Assembly: GCA_964016885.1 (NCBI GenBank)
Contig: OZ024760.1
Span: forward strand, 33,914,001 to 33,978,000
From: Eledone cirrhosa
Taxonomy: Eukaryota
DNA length: 64,000 nucleotides
Direction of reading: 5' to 3'
This document shows positions 1 through 12,921 of this stretch, in pieces. Every line of letters starts with the position of its first letter. Within the stretch, counting starts at the first letter, position 1. The position numbers were made by a program, and so were the translations under genes. The notes below the pieces were generated by a model that was not told the origin of the DNA, ran no database searches, and worked only from the letters and a program-made list of their open reading frames with translations.

Positions 1-1450
1 CCAGGGCCTGGCGACGACGTTCACCCCTGGTACTGAAAAGAAAAGTCGTTTATTTTTTATTAACGACCAGGCGACAGGCATCCGTTACCTCGTGGATACA
101 GGAGCCCAGGTTAGTGTTATTCCGGTTTCACTAATCTCGGGAAAAAGTCACCCAACCCCGTCCTTTCTGCAGGCAGTGAACCAATCGTCAATTCCGACTT
201 TCGGGGAGAAGTCTCTGACCCTCAATTTAGGCCTGAGGCGGCGTTTTCAATGGGTGTTCGTCGTGGCAGACCTGCCGACCCCTATCCTAGGAGCCTATTT
301 TCTCCACCACTTCAACCTTCTGGTGGATATGAAGAACCGGAGGCTTATTGACACCACCACAAACCTCACTGTGAGAGGTATATTTACCACGCAATCCACA
401 GTGAGCCCTGTAATTTGCCAGTCAGAGCCTTTGCGGTACAACGGCATTCTCCAAAAATACCCAGACATCACTCGCCCGGTATTTAAGGATGGTCCTATTA
501 AGCATAGTGTCACGCACCACATCGAGACAAAGGGACCACCCACAGCTGCCCGACCAAGGAGACTGCCTCCAGACCGATTGAGAATCGCCAAGCATTATTT
601 CCAACTGGTCTGCACCCCTACACCTTATTCCCCAAAAAAAACGAGAATGATTGGCGACCATGTGGGGATTATCGTGCACTTAACAATTCTACAGTGTCCG
701 ATAATTACCCTGTACCTCACCTGCACGATTTTTCTGCCTCTCTGCAAGGCGCACGCATCTTTTCCAATGTAGATTTGGTGCGTGCATATAACCAGATACC
801 TATGGAGCCTGCAGACATTCCGAAGACCGCAATCACAACACCGTTCGGTTTATTCGAATTCCTGCGAATGCCGTTCGGTCTGTGCAACGCTGCACAAACT
901 TTTCAGCGGTTTATTGACACCGTGTTACGCGATCTACCCTTCGTATACGCGTATACTGACGACGTGCTGGTAGCACGTACTTCCGAGAATGAACACGAGA
1001 AGCACTTAGATCTCCTTTTCCGACGTTTGGCTCAGTACGGTATCATCATCAACCCCAGCAAGTGCCTTCTCGGCGTTCCTTCACTGTCCTTTCTCGGGCA
1101 CATCATCGATAAAGACGGCATTCGTCCACTTCCCGAGAAAGTAGAAGCTATCCGCAGTTTTCCCGCACCTACATCACTTCGGAAACTGCGTGAATTCCTC
1201 GGTCTGGTGAATTTTTATAGGCGGTTTATCCCTCATTGTTCCGACGCAGCCAGACTCCTCACGGACCTTCTTCGTAACCGGACTCGCAAAAACGAAGAGA
1301 TCACTCTAAACGAGGAAGAATTAACATCTTTTAACCACCTGAAGGAAATGTTGGCAAACGCTTCCATGCTCGTTTTCCCCAGGTCTGGCCCTCCTCTTTC
1401 GCTGCTAGTGGACGCATCAGACACGGGGGTTGGAGGCGTTCCACAACAAC
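1..1450 (+). mobile_element. Ty3/Gypsy LTR retrotransposon pol fragment (protease, RT, start of RNase H); frameshifted and 3'-truncated
   Basis: ORF 92-772 has the aspartic protease motif DTGAQVS and PILGAYFL. ORF 694-1530 has RT motifs [47 protein letters not shown] and the RNase H start [10 protein letters not shown]. There is a deletion/frameshift near 590-600, and the element breaks into a CA/TA microsatellite near 1450. Confidence 0.93.
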
Positions 1451-1873
1451 ATATATATACACACACATACACTGATATATATGAAGACAAATACAGCCAT
1501 AACGGGGACTTACAGTTAAAGTATATATAGTAGCGAGTGAGCCAGTAATATTTCAAGGAGAGAACTAGGTTGGGCAAGAAGTTCCTCTCATTGAAGTGTC
1601 TAAAAATTTGATGGCAATAGTAAATTCCTTTTATCAGACTGCCATAAACGAAAGGATAAATTAGGGAACTATTAAGTAAATAAATTGGTGACATAAGATA
1701 CTATCAATTGGAGATAGGGCAGGAGCAAAAGTAAGACTCAGTAACTTACTAATGAAGAAACTAGTCGAAACATTTTAGACTAAATATTGTATTTAATTAA
1801 TTAAAATTTGCTTCTCTGCTTCATTTATGTTATGTGGGAGCAGCTTTTATAATATATAAATATATAAATATAT

Positions 1874-4800
1874 ATATTGTTATACTTGGGGAGGGTCATA
1901 TTTGTGTAATGTTGCCAGAATTAATAACAGAACACACTCACTGTTTGGTTGGTTTTCGCTTTTCGCTTCTGTGTCTTTTATATCGGTAATCTAATTTATT
2001 CGGTCCAAAATATACACAACAAACATATCAAAACAAATAAATAATTTATTATTGAACAAAACACAAGCTGAACGACTAAAACACACAATAACAGTTAATA
2101 TGAAAAGAACAACATACACAAAAGTCAACGAACTTTACAGACAGAAACGCATTAATGGTAAGGAAGTCCAAAATCCCACCACACCAAATGAAAGGGATGA
2201 CTTCATGAGCGTCATCCGACGTGAAACAAAATACGCCCGAAACGAATGCAATAGGCATTTCAATAAGAAATTAGAATGGATGAATAAGAAAAAACTACAA
2301 GAAAGGAAAATAGAATATTCTCAAACATACCCAGATAACATCAACAATATCCGTATGACTGATGTAAAACTACCGGAAGAATTTACCAATGACCACACAG
2401 TAAATATTTATGGGAACACTTTAATCAGTGAACAAGAACAACAAATCCTGCAGCTAAATTTGCCATCTACAAAAAGATTAACCCTATTGAGTGCAAAATG
2501 AAGCGGGAAAAGTGTTTCACAAAAATACGTTGGAATGCAAAAGTAAACAACAACAACAATAATAATAACGGTAGTAGTAATAAAAACAATAACTCTGAGT
2601 ATAGAAATAACAGCTATAATAGTAATAGTCATAACAATAACAATAGCAGGAGAGTGAGAAATAGTAATAATGGTAATAATACTAACGATAGACAGAACAA
2701 CAACAACAACAACCACAATAATAATAATAATAGAAACATTAACTACAGACACAGCAGCAGCGTAATAACGGTAACAATACGAATAACAACAACAACAACC
2801 ACAGTGGTAATAATGGAAATAATACATGTAGCAACATTAATGATAGACACAACAAAAACAAGAAACATAATAAAAGTAACAACCACAATGGTAGAAATAA
2901 CAGTAACAACAACAATAACGGTGAAGTAAACAACAATCACAACAACAATACATCTAGTAATCATAACAAGAATACATCTAACAATCACAGCAACAATACA
3001 TCTAGCAATCATAACAACAATACATCTAACAATCACAGCAACAATACATCTAGCAATCATAACAATAATAATAATGCTAATGATAGGAACAACAACAACC
3101 ACCATAATAACAATAATAGCAACACACACAACTATGACGATAGATATAATGACAACCCCTTAGAGAAACTATTTTTCAACTCAGCTGACAAAACATATAA
3201 GATAGGTAATATCTATCCTACGAGGTTACCCTTTAATAAAAGAGTTTGCATACCACAGCAAATAGATGACGAGACAGAGGCACAGTTCACCATAGCTAGA
3301 AATAAGATTAAACAAATAGTAGACCGGTATACTAAGAGACAGAGCAGACCAGAGGCCCAACAACTTGGGAGGAAACCTGTAGAAGGCTTGGTTAGCCTGA
3401 AGCAGCGCACAAGGGATGGTGAGGTAGTATGTCTACCCACGGATAAGTCTGGTAGGATGTCAATAGATAGCATGCCGAACTACATCAAGGCTATACAACC
3501 CCACATCACCAACACGAGCGAAATTGCACAGCAAACACATGATGGGAGAGAGAAAATCCTCAACGCTCACATGATGATGTGGACCGACATCCTAAAGCCA
3601 AGCAGACGCACTGCCAACAACTTCCAGGCGTCTAACAATGGCATACCACCCTTGTATGGGCTCCACAAAGACCACAAGACAGTCGACGACCCGACAACAG
3701 GACCACCAACAAGACCCGTATGCGGAGCAAATATAGCTAGCAACTACAGGATATCCTACTTCCTCTCAATGGTTATACGCCCCATAATCAAGATGTCCCC
3801 AGATGTATGTGACAGTACAGAGGACCTCCTCAGTAGAATCAGTGAGTGCAACAAAAACAGGAACCTATCCAACTGCATAATAGGCAGCATGGATGTGGTA
3901 TCACTGTACCCATCCATTAACATTGATTTTGCTTTTGAAAAATGTGTGGAGATGATCATTGAGAGTGAGGTGGAGTTCTGCGACGTCGACACAGACGAAC
4001 TGGGCCTCCTACTTAGACTTACCTACGACACTGACTACCTAGACAGCCATGACCTTAGACGTTTCTGCCCTAGTAGACCATAAGAGGTAGAGCCCCCACC
4101 ATAACCTCAATGGCTAAAAAGACTCCCATGGGAAGGTGGATTGGGTGGACCAAAGCTATACGGACCCCCCAAAACAATGATCAGGTAAGAAAAATGGTCG
4201 CACATGCAATAGGGGCTAGTATCAAAAGTACCCTAAAGAGCCACATATTCAAGTTCAACGAGAAGATCTATACCCAAAATGAGGGAGCAGCCATTGGCGT
4301 CAGCATAGCTGGTGATGTTAATAACCTTTTTATGGTATGGTGGGAAAGGAGACTTAAAGATCTCCTTAATGAGAGCTTCATAGACCTCATCATGTACTCT
4401 CGTTACGTAGACGATATCAATATAGTTATAAGAACATCCCCACTAGAGAGCACTAAGAAGTTTGATTTAGAACGTAGCACAATGGAAAGCATCCAGCAGA
4501 TAGCTAATTCCATACACCAGAGTATAACTGTAACTATCGACTACTCTTCCAAACACCCTAACAATAGACTACCTGTATTAGACACGGAACTCTGGATTAA
4601 CACTATAGACGAGAGAGCCCAAATTCTCCACTCACACTATGCTAAACCCATGGCCTCCAAATATCTGATACTCAAAAACTCAGCAATGTCCAGTAGTGCT
4701 AAGTTTAATATTCTGATCGCAGATTTGGTACGAGTGATGAAGAATGTGTCCAGCATGTGCGACCCAACAGAAATGGAAAGACACATCCAACACTTCATCA

Positions 4801-6065
4801 ACTGCATGCAGTTCTCTGGCTACAACCAAAGAGACAGAGTCAGAGTATACCAAGGAGCCATGGAGAAGTATAAGACCCTCATAGAACTGGACATGAAAGG
4901 AATTTGCCCACTATACAGGAGCAAATCATGGAATAGCTTAGATAGGGCTAGACATAAGATAGGGAAGGCCACATCATGGTACGACAACCAGAGATATCAG
5001 AGTGTCATGTTTGTGGACGCCACCCCTGGAGGGAAATTAGCTAACCAGTGTAGAAAGGCCCTGAGAAAGACCCACTTAAAAATAAAGGTGGTAGAAAAGC
5101 CAGGAACCACCATAAAATCCCTGATCAGCAAAACCTACCCTTTTAAGAAAACCCACTGTACTAATAGGAAATGTATCATATGTAAGGTAAACCCCCGGAT
5201 AAACTGTAAAACTAGAAACGTAGTCTATAGCATAAGATGTACAGAGGGTACTTGCAGAAACATGACAACAACATACATAGGCGAGACAGCTCGTAGCATA
5301 GGTGAAAGGATAGACCAACACTGGAGGGAACTAAAAGGACAAAAAAACGGGTCAGTACTACATGCCAGACAACAACACGACGGTAATATAGACAACATAG
5401 AAATTAGAATAATATCTAAACATAGAAATGACCCAGCAGATAGGCAAATCAGAGAGGCCAGTGAAATAGAACTTAGAAGGCCAAGGCTAAACAGAAAGAA
5501 TGAATGGAATAACAACAACACCCAAACAAACAACACTGACCTAAGAGAAGTATAAATAAATAAATAAATAGATAAATAAATAAATAAATACATACACAAG
5601 CACAATAACTACAAACACATATAAACACACACTAGTAAAGATAGAATACATTAACCAATACACAGTCACCCAATCACGAACACACATCAAACAAAACACT
5701 ATACACACACGCAAACGCATGCGCAAAGAAGACAAAATAAAATAAACAAATAAATAAATATATAAACAGACTAAATAAAGATGGCGTAGAAAATACAATG
5801 TAACGGGAGGAAACAATAGCACCACTGACGATGTTGCAGATGTGCAACGAAATATTTATGATAAACTATATATATGTGTCTATATTGTATCTGTATTATG
5901 TTTGACCGTTGATCAGTCAATGGCAACATTGAGGACCGAATAAATTAGATTACCGATATAAAAGACACAGAAGCGAAAAGCGAAAACCAACCAAACAGTG
6001 AGTGTGTTCTGTTATTAATTCTGGCAATATTACACAAATATGACCCTCCCCAAGTATAACAATAT
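1874..6065 (+). mobile_element. Penelope-like retroelement (RT + C-terminal GIY-YIG endonuclease) with a 133-bp inverted terminal segment; frameshifted
   Basis: RT motifs GSMDVVSLYPSI, GAAIG, YVDD, LPVLD and HYAKP in ORFs 3388-4083 and 4110-5555. GIY-YIG motifs NVVYSIRC...YIGETARS..ER..QH...RQIREA...LNRKNE. 1874-2006 is the reverse complement of 5933-6065 with one mismatch seen, the typical PLE inverted pLTR arrangement. The left end abuts (TA)n. Confidence 0.92.
5825..5852 (+). ncRNA. Hammerhead ribozyme core (partial) in the PLE 3' region
   Basis: CTGACGA-t-GTTGCA-gatg-TGCAAC-GAAA gives both core boxes and a 6-bp stem II. Stems I and III could not be closed convincingly by eye. Confidence 0.55.
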
Positions 6066-6106
6066 TTGTTTCGACACACGATTTCATATCAAAAACCTCG
6101 CAAAAC

Positions 6107-6291
<185 letters not shown>

Positions 6292-6360
6292 TGGTAGCTA
6301 AGAAGCTTCCATAGGTGGTATGCCGGTTGAGCACTCTATGTTCTTACAGAGCAGAGTGTG

Positions 6361-6699
6361 ATATAATATAAAACGAAAATTCAGTGATGCATCTGAACTC
6401 AATTTATTGTGTGTTACAATTGTTTCACCGGCAGACAGCTCGAGACACGATCATTGTGTGGATCTGTCTGATTCTGGATCTGCAGGTTCGTCGGACACTT
6501 CTAATAACTTCGGATCAAATTTTCTCACTGGGGTGTTAACGTCAAAAAACATCCCCTTCGCTCGTCCTGCTATTGGCTGTTGTTTTTCTAATTCATCATA
6601 AATTTTGACCAACAGGTACTGTCAAACTGACCATCAGCTGTCCTTTTTCCTGCTACACTTCAATGAATCCCTGCTGGGTTTGGTAGTTCACACGTCCAC
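6361..6699 (-). repeat. ~340-bp segment repeated in inverted orientation at 12922-13260
   Basis: Near-identical reverse complement; both give the same spurious ORF text CVTIVSPADSSRHDHCVD on opposite strands. Confidence 0.9.
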
Positions 6700-6759
6700 T
6701 CACACATATATATACACACACTCACAATCATATAAATAACAACATCCGCACGCATATAC

Positions 6760-9053
6760 TCCCGCAATACATACGCACCCAAAGAGAACCCATAAAACTA
6801 TAGACATACGCATCCACATTAGACTTTAGAACTAATATACCTGTTAGGCTAATAGCACCCTCCAAATCAGACATAGGTAGGACCAGCAAGAATATCATAG
6901 ACAGGATACTACCGGTACTTAGGAACAAAACTAGGCTTAGCTTATGGACCTCCACCAAGGAGGAAATTGACTGGTTCTCGCTAATAGAAGCAAATAGCAG
7001 GTAAATTTTATTCAATTAGACATAATGAATTACTACGCGACAGTATCACCTGTAATAGTGAACAAGGCCCTCATGAGCGCCATGGCCAAGTCCAACCTCA
7101 CTAGGGAGGAGGCTAGCCTCATAGTAGCAGCCAGAAAGACGCTAATTAGATTCGAAGACAAGTTATGGAAGAGGAGGGACAGACCCGACAGTTTCGATAT
7201 TACCATGGAATCGAGCGACTCGGAGCAGGTGACCTATCTGGTGGGGATCTATCTCCTCCATAGATTAGCGGAGGAGATCCCAGGGATCGGCGGAGGAATA
7301 TACAGAGACGACGTACTTTTTACCTTCCGTTCCCTAAACCCCAGCCAGATGGAGCGTATGAGGAAGTGCATATCGCATTTTTTTAAGCAACACGGCTTAT
7401 CCGTGACGATAGATCCTAGCACTAAGACGGTGAATTTCCTGGACGTTACCCTAGAAATGAATACGGGCATCCACCGTCCTTATCACAAGCCCAATGAGAA
7501 CCAGCAATATGTGAACAGGCAATCGAACCACCCCAAGTCAGTCATAGAAGCAATAGTTAAAGGGGTATCTAAACGCGTATCCACCCTGTCGGCCAACGCA
7601 GACGTGTTCAAACAGCACGCCGACTATTATAATGAGGCACTGCGCAGGGCCGGTTACACAGATAGCATAGTGTATACCACAGATAGGGAAGAGCCTAGCG
7701 CCGAGGCATGCGGAGACGGCAATAGCTGTGGCACTTCCATAGGTAGAAGAAATGACCTGGTACTAGCCTCCAAGAATACGAGTAGCAATACAGTTCACCT
7801 TAAAGACACACGACCGACAATAGGACAGACGAAGACACACACGGGCGCTAGACCACCCAGTACACGTAGGCAAAAGCCCGGCACGCACACCACATGCTTC
7901 GCGGTAACTAGAACTAGGGACAGGGTAACGACAAGTACGGCCGTGGCACCCGCTAGAAGGAACACCCGGCCTGGTAGCAGTGGTATAGCCCCGACAACAG
8001 CACCACATAGCATTAAAGAGACTAACAGTAGAGCCGACAATACAAAACGGAATACCTTAGTAAGTGATAGGCATAACCATGACACCCACAGCAGACATAC
8101 AGATAGAGGCAACATAGGGGACGTAATAATAGGCGGGAAAAACCCGAGACGGACATCAGACCCAAGACACACTCACACTACTACACACACACGAAAGAAC
8201 AAGACTAGATCTAAGGCCGTTACATGGTATTCTAAGCATGTATGCAGCAATGTGCCAGGGCTTTTTTTCCAAGCGTTAGGCGAGTGCTTCCCGGCGTCAA
8301 ACAGATACCACAAAATTTTCAACCGCCACACGGTGTAGTTTTCCTTCTCCACAGCACCTAACATGACCGACTACATGGCCAAAACCAACGCCGTAAAGTT
8401 GGGGAACCCCGACCGTCAACCGCGGCGGCAGAATGGTCGTCCATCAGAGCCCGGAGGGCCCCTCGAAGACCGGTCTTCCAACAACAACCTGGCCCTCGCG
8501 GCGGCCACCACGCCCGCGGAAGGCGATACAATCCAACAACGGGAGGGAACGAGTAACGGGTGGAGATCATCGTGCCGGCGGAACTACACCCTGAGAATCG
8601 GGAGAGGGCCCTAGCAGATCAAGGGCCGGGCGTCCGAAATGAACAAAATAACGACAGAACATTTAACTGCAGACCGGGCACCCAGTGCCCCCTGCAGGGA
8701 AGATGCCTGACGAAGGGCCTGGTATATAAATGTGTGGTTAGCACGCACAATACAAAGCGCACCTACATCGGCGCAACATCCACTACCTTTAAATCGCGGA
8801 TGTATAACCACACAAACTGTTTCAAGGACCGCAGTAAGAGGCACTCTACTAGGCTAGCGGACCTGGTGTGGGACTTGAAAGACAAGGGCACCCCGTTCGG
8901 CACGCGAATGCATACTCGGCTGGGAGTAGAAAATGTAGCCTATGCCTATACGAGGCCATGGAGATAGTCAGACTGAAGGATGATGCGGTCAACCTGAAAT
9001 CGGAAATAATCATGACGTGCAGACACCAGAGGAGGTGCACATTCTCCGCATAG
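6760..9053 (+). mobile_element. Second Penelope-like element (RT with YRDD, C-terminal GIY-YIG and Cys/His motifs); degenerate
   Basis: RLIAPSKSDIG, DIMNYY, FDITMESSDSEQV, YRDD, VNFLDVTL, RPYHKPN, YVNRQSNHP, YYNEALRRAGY; then NCRPGTQCPLQGRCL..LVYKC..YIGATSTTFKSR..H and CSLCLYE...NLKSEIIMTCRH. It has stops and frameshifts. Assignment to the 'Hydra' C-terminal-EN clade is an inference from motif style. Confidence 0.88.
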
Positions 9054-9567
9054 AATCCACCGGGAAACCCAGGCTAAAGGCATGCGGCGGAGTGCACGCC
9101 GACCAGAGCGGCGAAACGGGTTCAAGGGATCAGACACCATACCCTGATGACGATGACAGTATATGCCCCGTGGGGTAAACCAAAATAATTCAAGATGCAT
9201 ACCCGACTCTGCACGTCACCTTAGGCACGAACATCGCCTGAGCCGGGACAGGTTGACCCTGATTCCACTGACTTTCAGTCAAATAACTTACACCTATAGG
9301 ACAACATACCTCAACCACAGCGACATACTCCAGTATGGCCGGCCCACGCACCCCCATGCGTGTGTACCTTTTCAATCGAGAATTCATACTCTCCACGTAT
9401 TCCATTTTGGAACACATTATTTGTTCCGTATACAGGCCCAAGTGTACATCTCATACTCCTCTTGTGTACTATCTCATACGCATACACGTCCCCCCTTCTT
9501 CTTTTTTTATATATCTCTATGTGACGTTATATGTATATGTGTGTATATATGTATGCGTATATGTATA

Positions 9568-11504
9568 TATGCGAAAGTACTGGGTTGTATGAATGTAACA
9601 AGGAGACAGAGGTTTGTGTGCATAATATTTAATCAAGTATTTAACAGTATAGTTGACATGTCAATGAATAAACGAAAGAATGAAGCAAAGTTAGTAGTTA
9701 CCGTTTTGATTGCCAGGCAAACGCGAGACGCCTGGCGAGGGCCAGGCGCCGGAAGGGCAAATGAGAGGGAGAGAGCCGAAGGCTATTCGTTTTATAGGGC
9801 TCTGCCGGAAGTTACAGAAAGGGTTCTACTTCCCGTCTAGATGTTGTTAATTTATTGGGGTTGTGAGTCACAACAAGGGAGACAACCACTACATAACCTC
9901 CCGCCAGAATTTTAGAATATAAAAATCGCATGAAATATGTAGCAAGTTGGCGAGAATGTTGTAACAGGCATGAAAATTACGACAAAAGAATGTTTGCAAA
10001 AATCAATGATAGATATCAAGGTAGCCAACCGCTCTTGGCCAGAGAACGACTGGACATCTATCTATCCATCACCCAAAGATACAATGTAATAAAGTAAGAG
10101 AAGAGCTCAAAGTTCAAATGTACAAAATATAGTTCACAGGTGTGCAATCACATGACAGCAGGAAAGAAAGTGTGTTCCAGAGAATGAATGCAGGTGGTTT
10201 CTGTTCTGTGGTATATCGTGAAATTTCCAACCTCCGAATGGATTTCCTCACAGGAAGAGTGCTGCAAAAATAAATTCTCTGGCTTGTTCTGCTGGTTTTG
10301 GTTGTTGGTGAAGCTGTGTTGCTGTCTCGCGGAGTGAGCGTATTCGGTGTTTAAATTCACAGTAAAAAAAAATTTTTCAGGAAAAAATGAGTTGCGCAAA
10401 GTGCTAGAAATAACAGCCGAAGTTGATGGTCGATGTTGAGAATGCGTTGACCTGGAAGGGTCAAGAGGCCAGCGACCAAATAAATAAGCATTCTGAATAA
10501 ATGTGCAGTTTTCAACGGCAAATTTACGTGGTAAATTTTTAAACCGGCAAATAGGAGAATATAGCTTAAGGCTGAAGAATCCTTGGCGAGAAACGTTATC
10601 TCTGGCGTGCGGCTATCTCTGTGAGTCGAGAATTTGTGCTGCCCACACGTGCCAACACAAGGTTAAGCTAGGTTGAAAAAATAATATTTCTAACGCGCGA
10701 GAAAATGATAGTACAAGTGTGAAAGTGACAATGATGAAAAAGAAAGGCTTCACTTAGCATAATTATTGGTGTGAACTTTTGAAAAAAAAACTTGAACGAT
10801 GAAGAAAACGATAAAAAAAAAGGCAATGGTTCATCGAAAATAAATGTTCCTGTTGAAATGTTTTTTAAAGAATATCAAATTTCTTCTTTTTTTTTTTTTT
10901 TTTTTTTTTGAAAGAGTTCGTTGTAAGAAACGAGAAACATATATATATATATATATATATCGTGAAATGCGACAGTTAGTTGATGCGTGAGAGAAAAAGT
11001 CTGTCTGTGCGAAAATTTCACATGTGCGTGGTGTGTTCGTTTCTTTTACTGAGTATTTTCATAGTTTGTCAATAAATTTGCTGTGTATTCGATAGATTCT
11101 GCTATCTTTTTCTTTTTTCGGGGTGACCACTTATGGCGATGAACGGCTGCGTGTTCTTATCACGTCAGAGTTACCAATATAGCGAATATTACTGGTGTGT
11201 ATGAATGTAACAAAGAGACATTGTTTGTGTGTATAATATTTAATCAACAATTTAACAGTATAGTTGACATGTCAATGAATAAACGAAAGTATGAAGCAAA
11301 GTTAGTAGTTACCGTTTTGATTGCCAGGCAAACGCGAGACGCCCGGCGAAGGCCAGGCGCCGGAAGGGCAAATGAGAGGGAGAGAGCCGAGGGCTATTCG
11401 TTTTATAGGGCTCTGCCGGAAGTTACAGAAAGGGTTCTACTTCCCGTCTAGATGTTGTTAATCTATTGGGGTTGTGAGTCACAACAAGGGAGACAACCGC
11501 TACA
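9568..11504 (-). mobile_element. Non-autonomous or internally deleted LTR retrotransposon with two ~325-bp LTRs and a tRNA-Trp-type PBS
   Basis: Direct repeats 9568-9893 and 11178-11504 begin TGTAG on the minus strand. Next to the 5' LTR is TGGTAACTCTGACGTGAT (11159-11176), 15/18 to the tRNA-Trp PBS TGGTGACCCCGACGTGAT. A purine-rich tract GGCGGGAGG precedes the 3' LTR (9894-9906). The 1.3-kb interior has no pol ORF. Confidence 0.85.
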
Positions 11505-11716
11505 TATTGTATATTTCTTTTTTATGTGTGTATATATGTATGCGTATATGTATATATGTGTGTATATATAAATATATATATATATGTGTATGTGTATGGA
11601 TGTATGTATATGGTTATATTGTTTATATATGTGCATGTTTACTACAAGATACATCCTTTAATGTATGGCGTTATTTTAGTATATTTTAGTTTTTTTTATA
11701 TATGTGTATGTATATA

Positions 11717-11780
<64 letters not shown>

Positions 11781-11784
<4 letters not shown>

Positions 11785-12226
11785 TATGTATACGTACATA
11801 CATATATGTATCCAGACGTACAGTAGTATGTATATATATATATACGTATACGTACACATGTATACATACATGTACACATATATATATATATGTACGTATG
11901 GATTCACCGAACATTTATTATAATGCTCGGTGTGTTTGTAAACAAACATCCCGTATTAAGCCGTACAGTGTCTAGCAAACATCGTTGCAACGATTGTTGC
12001 TAGACACTGTACGGCTTAATACGGGATGTTTGTTTACAAATACACCGAGCATTATAATAAATGTTCGGTGAATCCATACGTACATATATATATATGTGTA
12101 CATGTATGTATATATATATACATACTACTGTACGTCTGTATACATATATGTATGTACGTATACATACTTATATTTAAGTAACAACCGTACTAAGAGTGAG
12201 AAATGAAATTTCGTTTCATTTTTTCC

Positions 12227-12232
<6 letters not shown>
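11781..12232. repeat. Inverted (palindromic) dispersed fragment of the satellite monomer, inserted in (TA)n
   Basis: Both arms match the 41.9-64 kb monomer (ggattcaccgaacatttattataatgctcgg...). The centre is atcgttg|caacgat at 11987/11988. The right arm ends tttcgtttcattttttccatttata. Confidence 0.9.
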
Positions 12233-12268
<36 letters not shown>

Positions 12269-12845
12269 ATGGATGTATGTATATGGTTATATTATTTATA
12301 TTTGTGCATGTGTATAACAAGAAGCATTCTTTCATGTATGACCCTTTGTATGACCCATTGTGTAGCCTTATATGACTTTGTGTGTATATCATATTTGTGC
12401 ATAGACAGATATATGTATGTATGTATGTATCTTTGTAAACGTGCGTGGGCCTGTAGGTAATAGACGCATATTTGTAAGAGTGTATATGAGCCAGTGTGTG
12501 TGTACGTGCACCCACTGTAGGGTAAGGGCTTGTTTGTGTGTATATATATGTATATATATATACATATATATATATGTGTGTTTGCGAGCGAGTCTTTTTT
12601 TGTGCCTGTATATATGGACACGTGTATGTGCGTGTGCGTGTATATGTATATGTCTGTATGTGTTTGTGTATACGAGTAGATATACGCGTATGCATGTGTG
12701 TGTGAGTTGATGTACGTGGGCATGTAGGCAGGCGTCTGTAGACGCGTATGTCTATAGTTTTATGTGTTCTCTTTGGGTGCGTATGTATAGCGGGAGTATA
12801 TGCGTGCGGATGTTGTTATTTATATGATTGTGTGCGTGTGTGTGA

Positions 12846-12912
<67 letters not shown>

Positions 12913-12921
12913 AGTGCGCTC

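Noticed and set aside
2408-3129. Hydrophobic Val/Ile/Leu-rich minus-strand ORFs resembling membrane proteins
   Set aside because: They are antisense readings of the AAC/AAT Asn-rich tract.
7025-9053. Selenocysteine-recoding (Naiad-type) PLE
   Set aside because: The endonuclease is C-terminal, and the interruptions I could place are TAG stops and frameshifts, not in-frame TGA at Cys positions.
9070-9160. Possible hammerhead in the 3' UTR of the second PLE (GAAAC at 9114, CTGATGA at 9144)
   Set aside because: I could not close stems I-III in any consistent topology.
9163-11451. Two ORFs sharing the C-terminus ...ALPEVTERVLLPV
   Set aside because: The shared text is the antisense strand of the two LTR copies, not a gene duplication.
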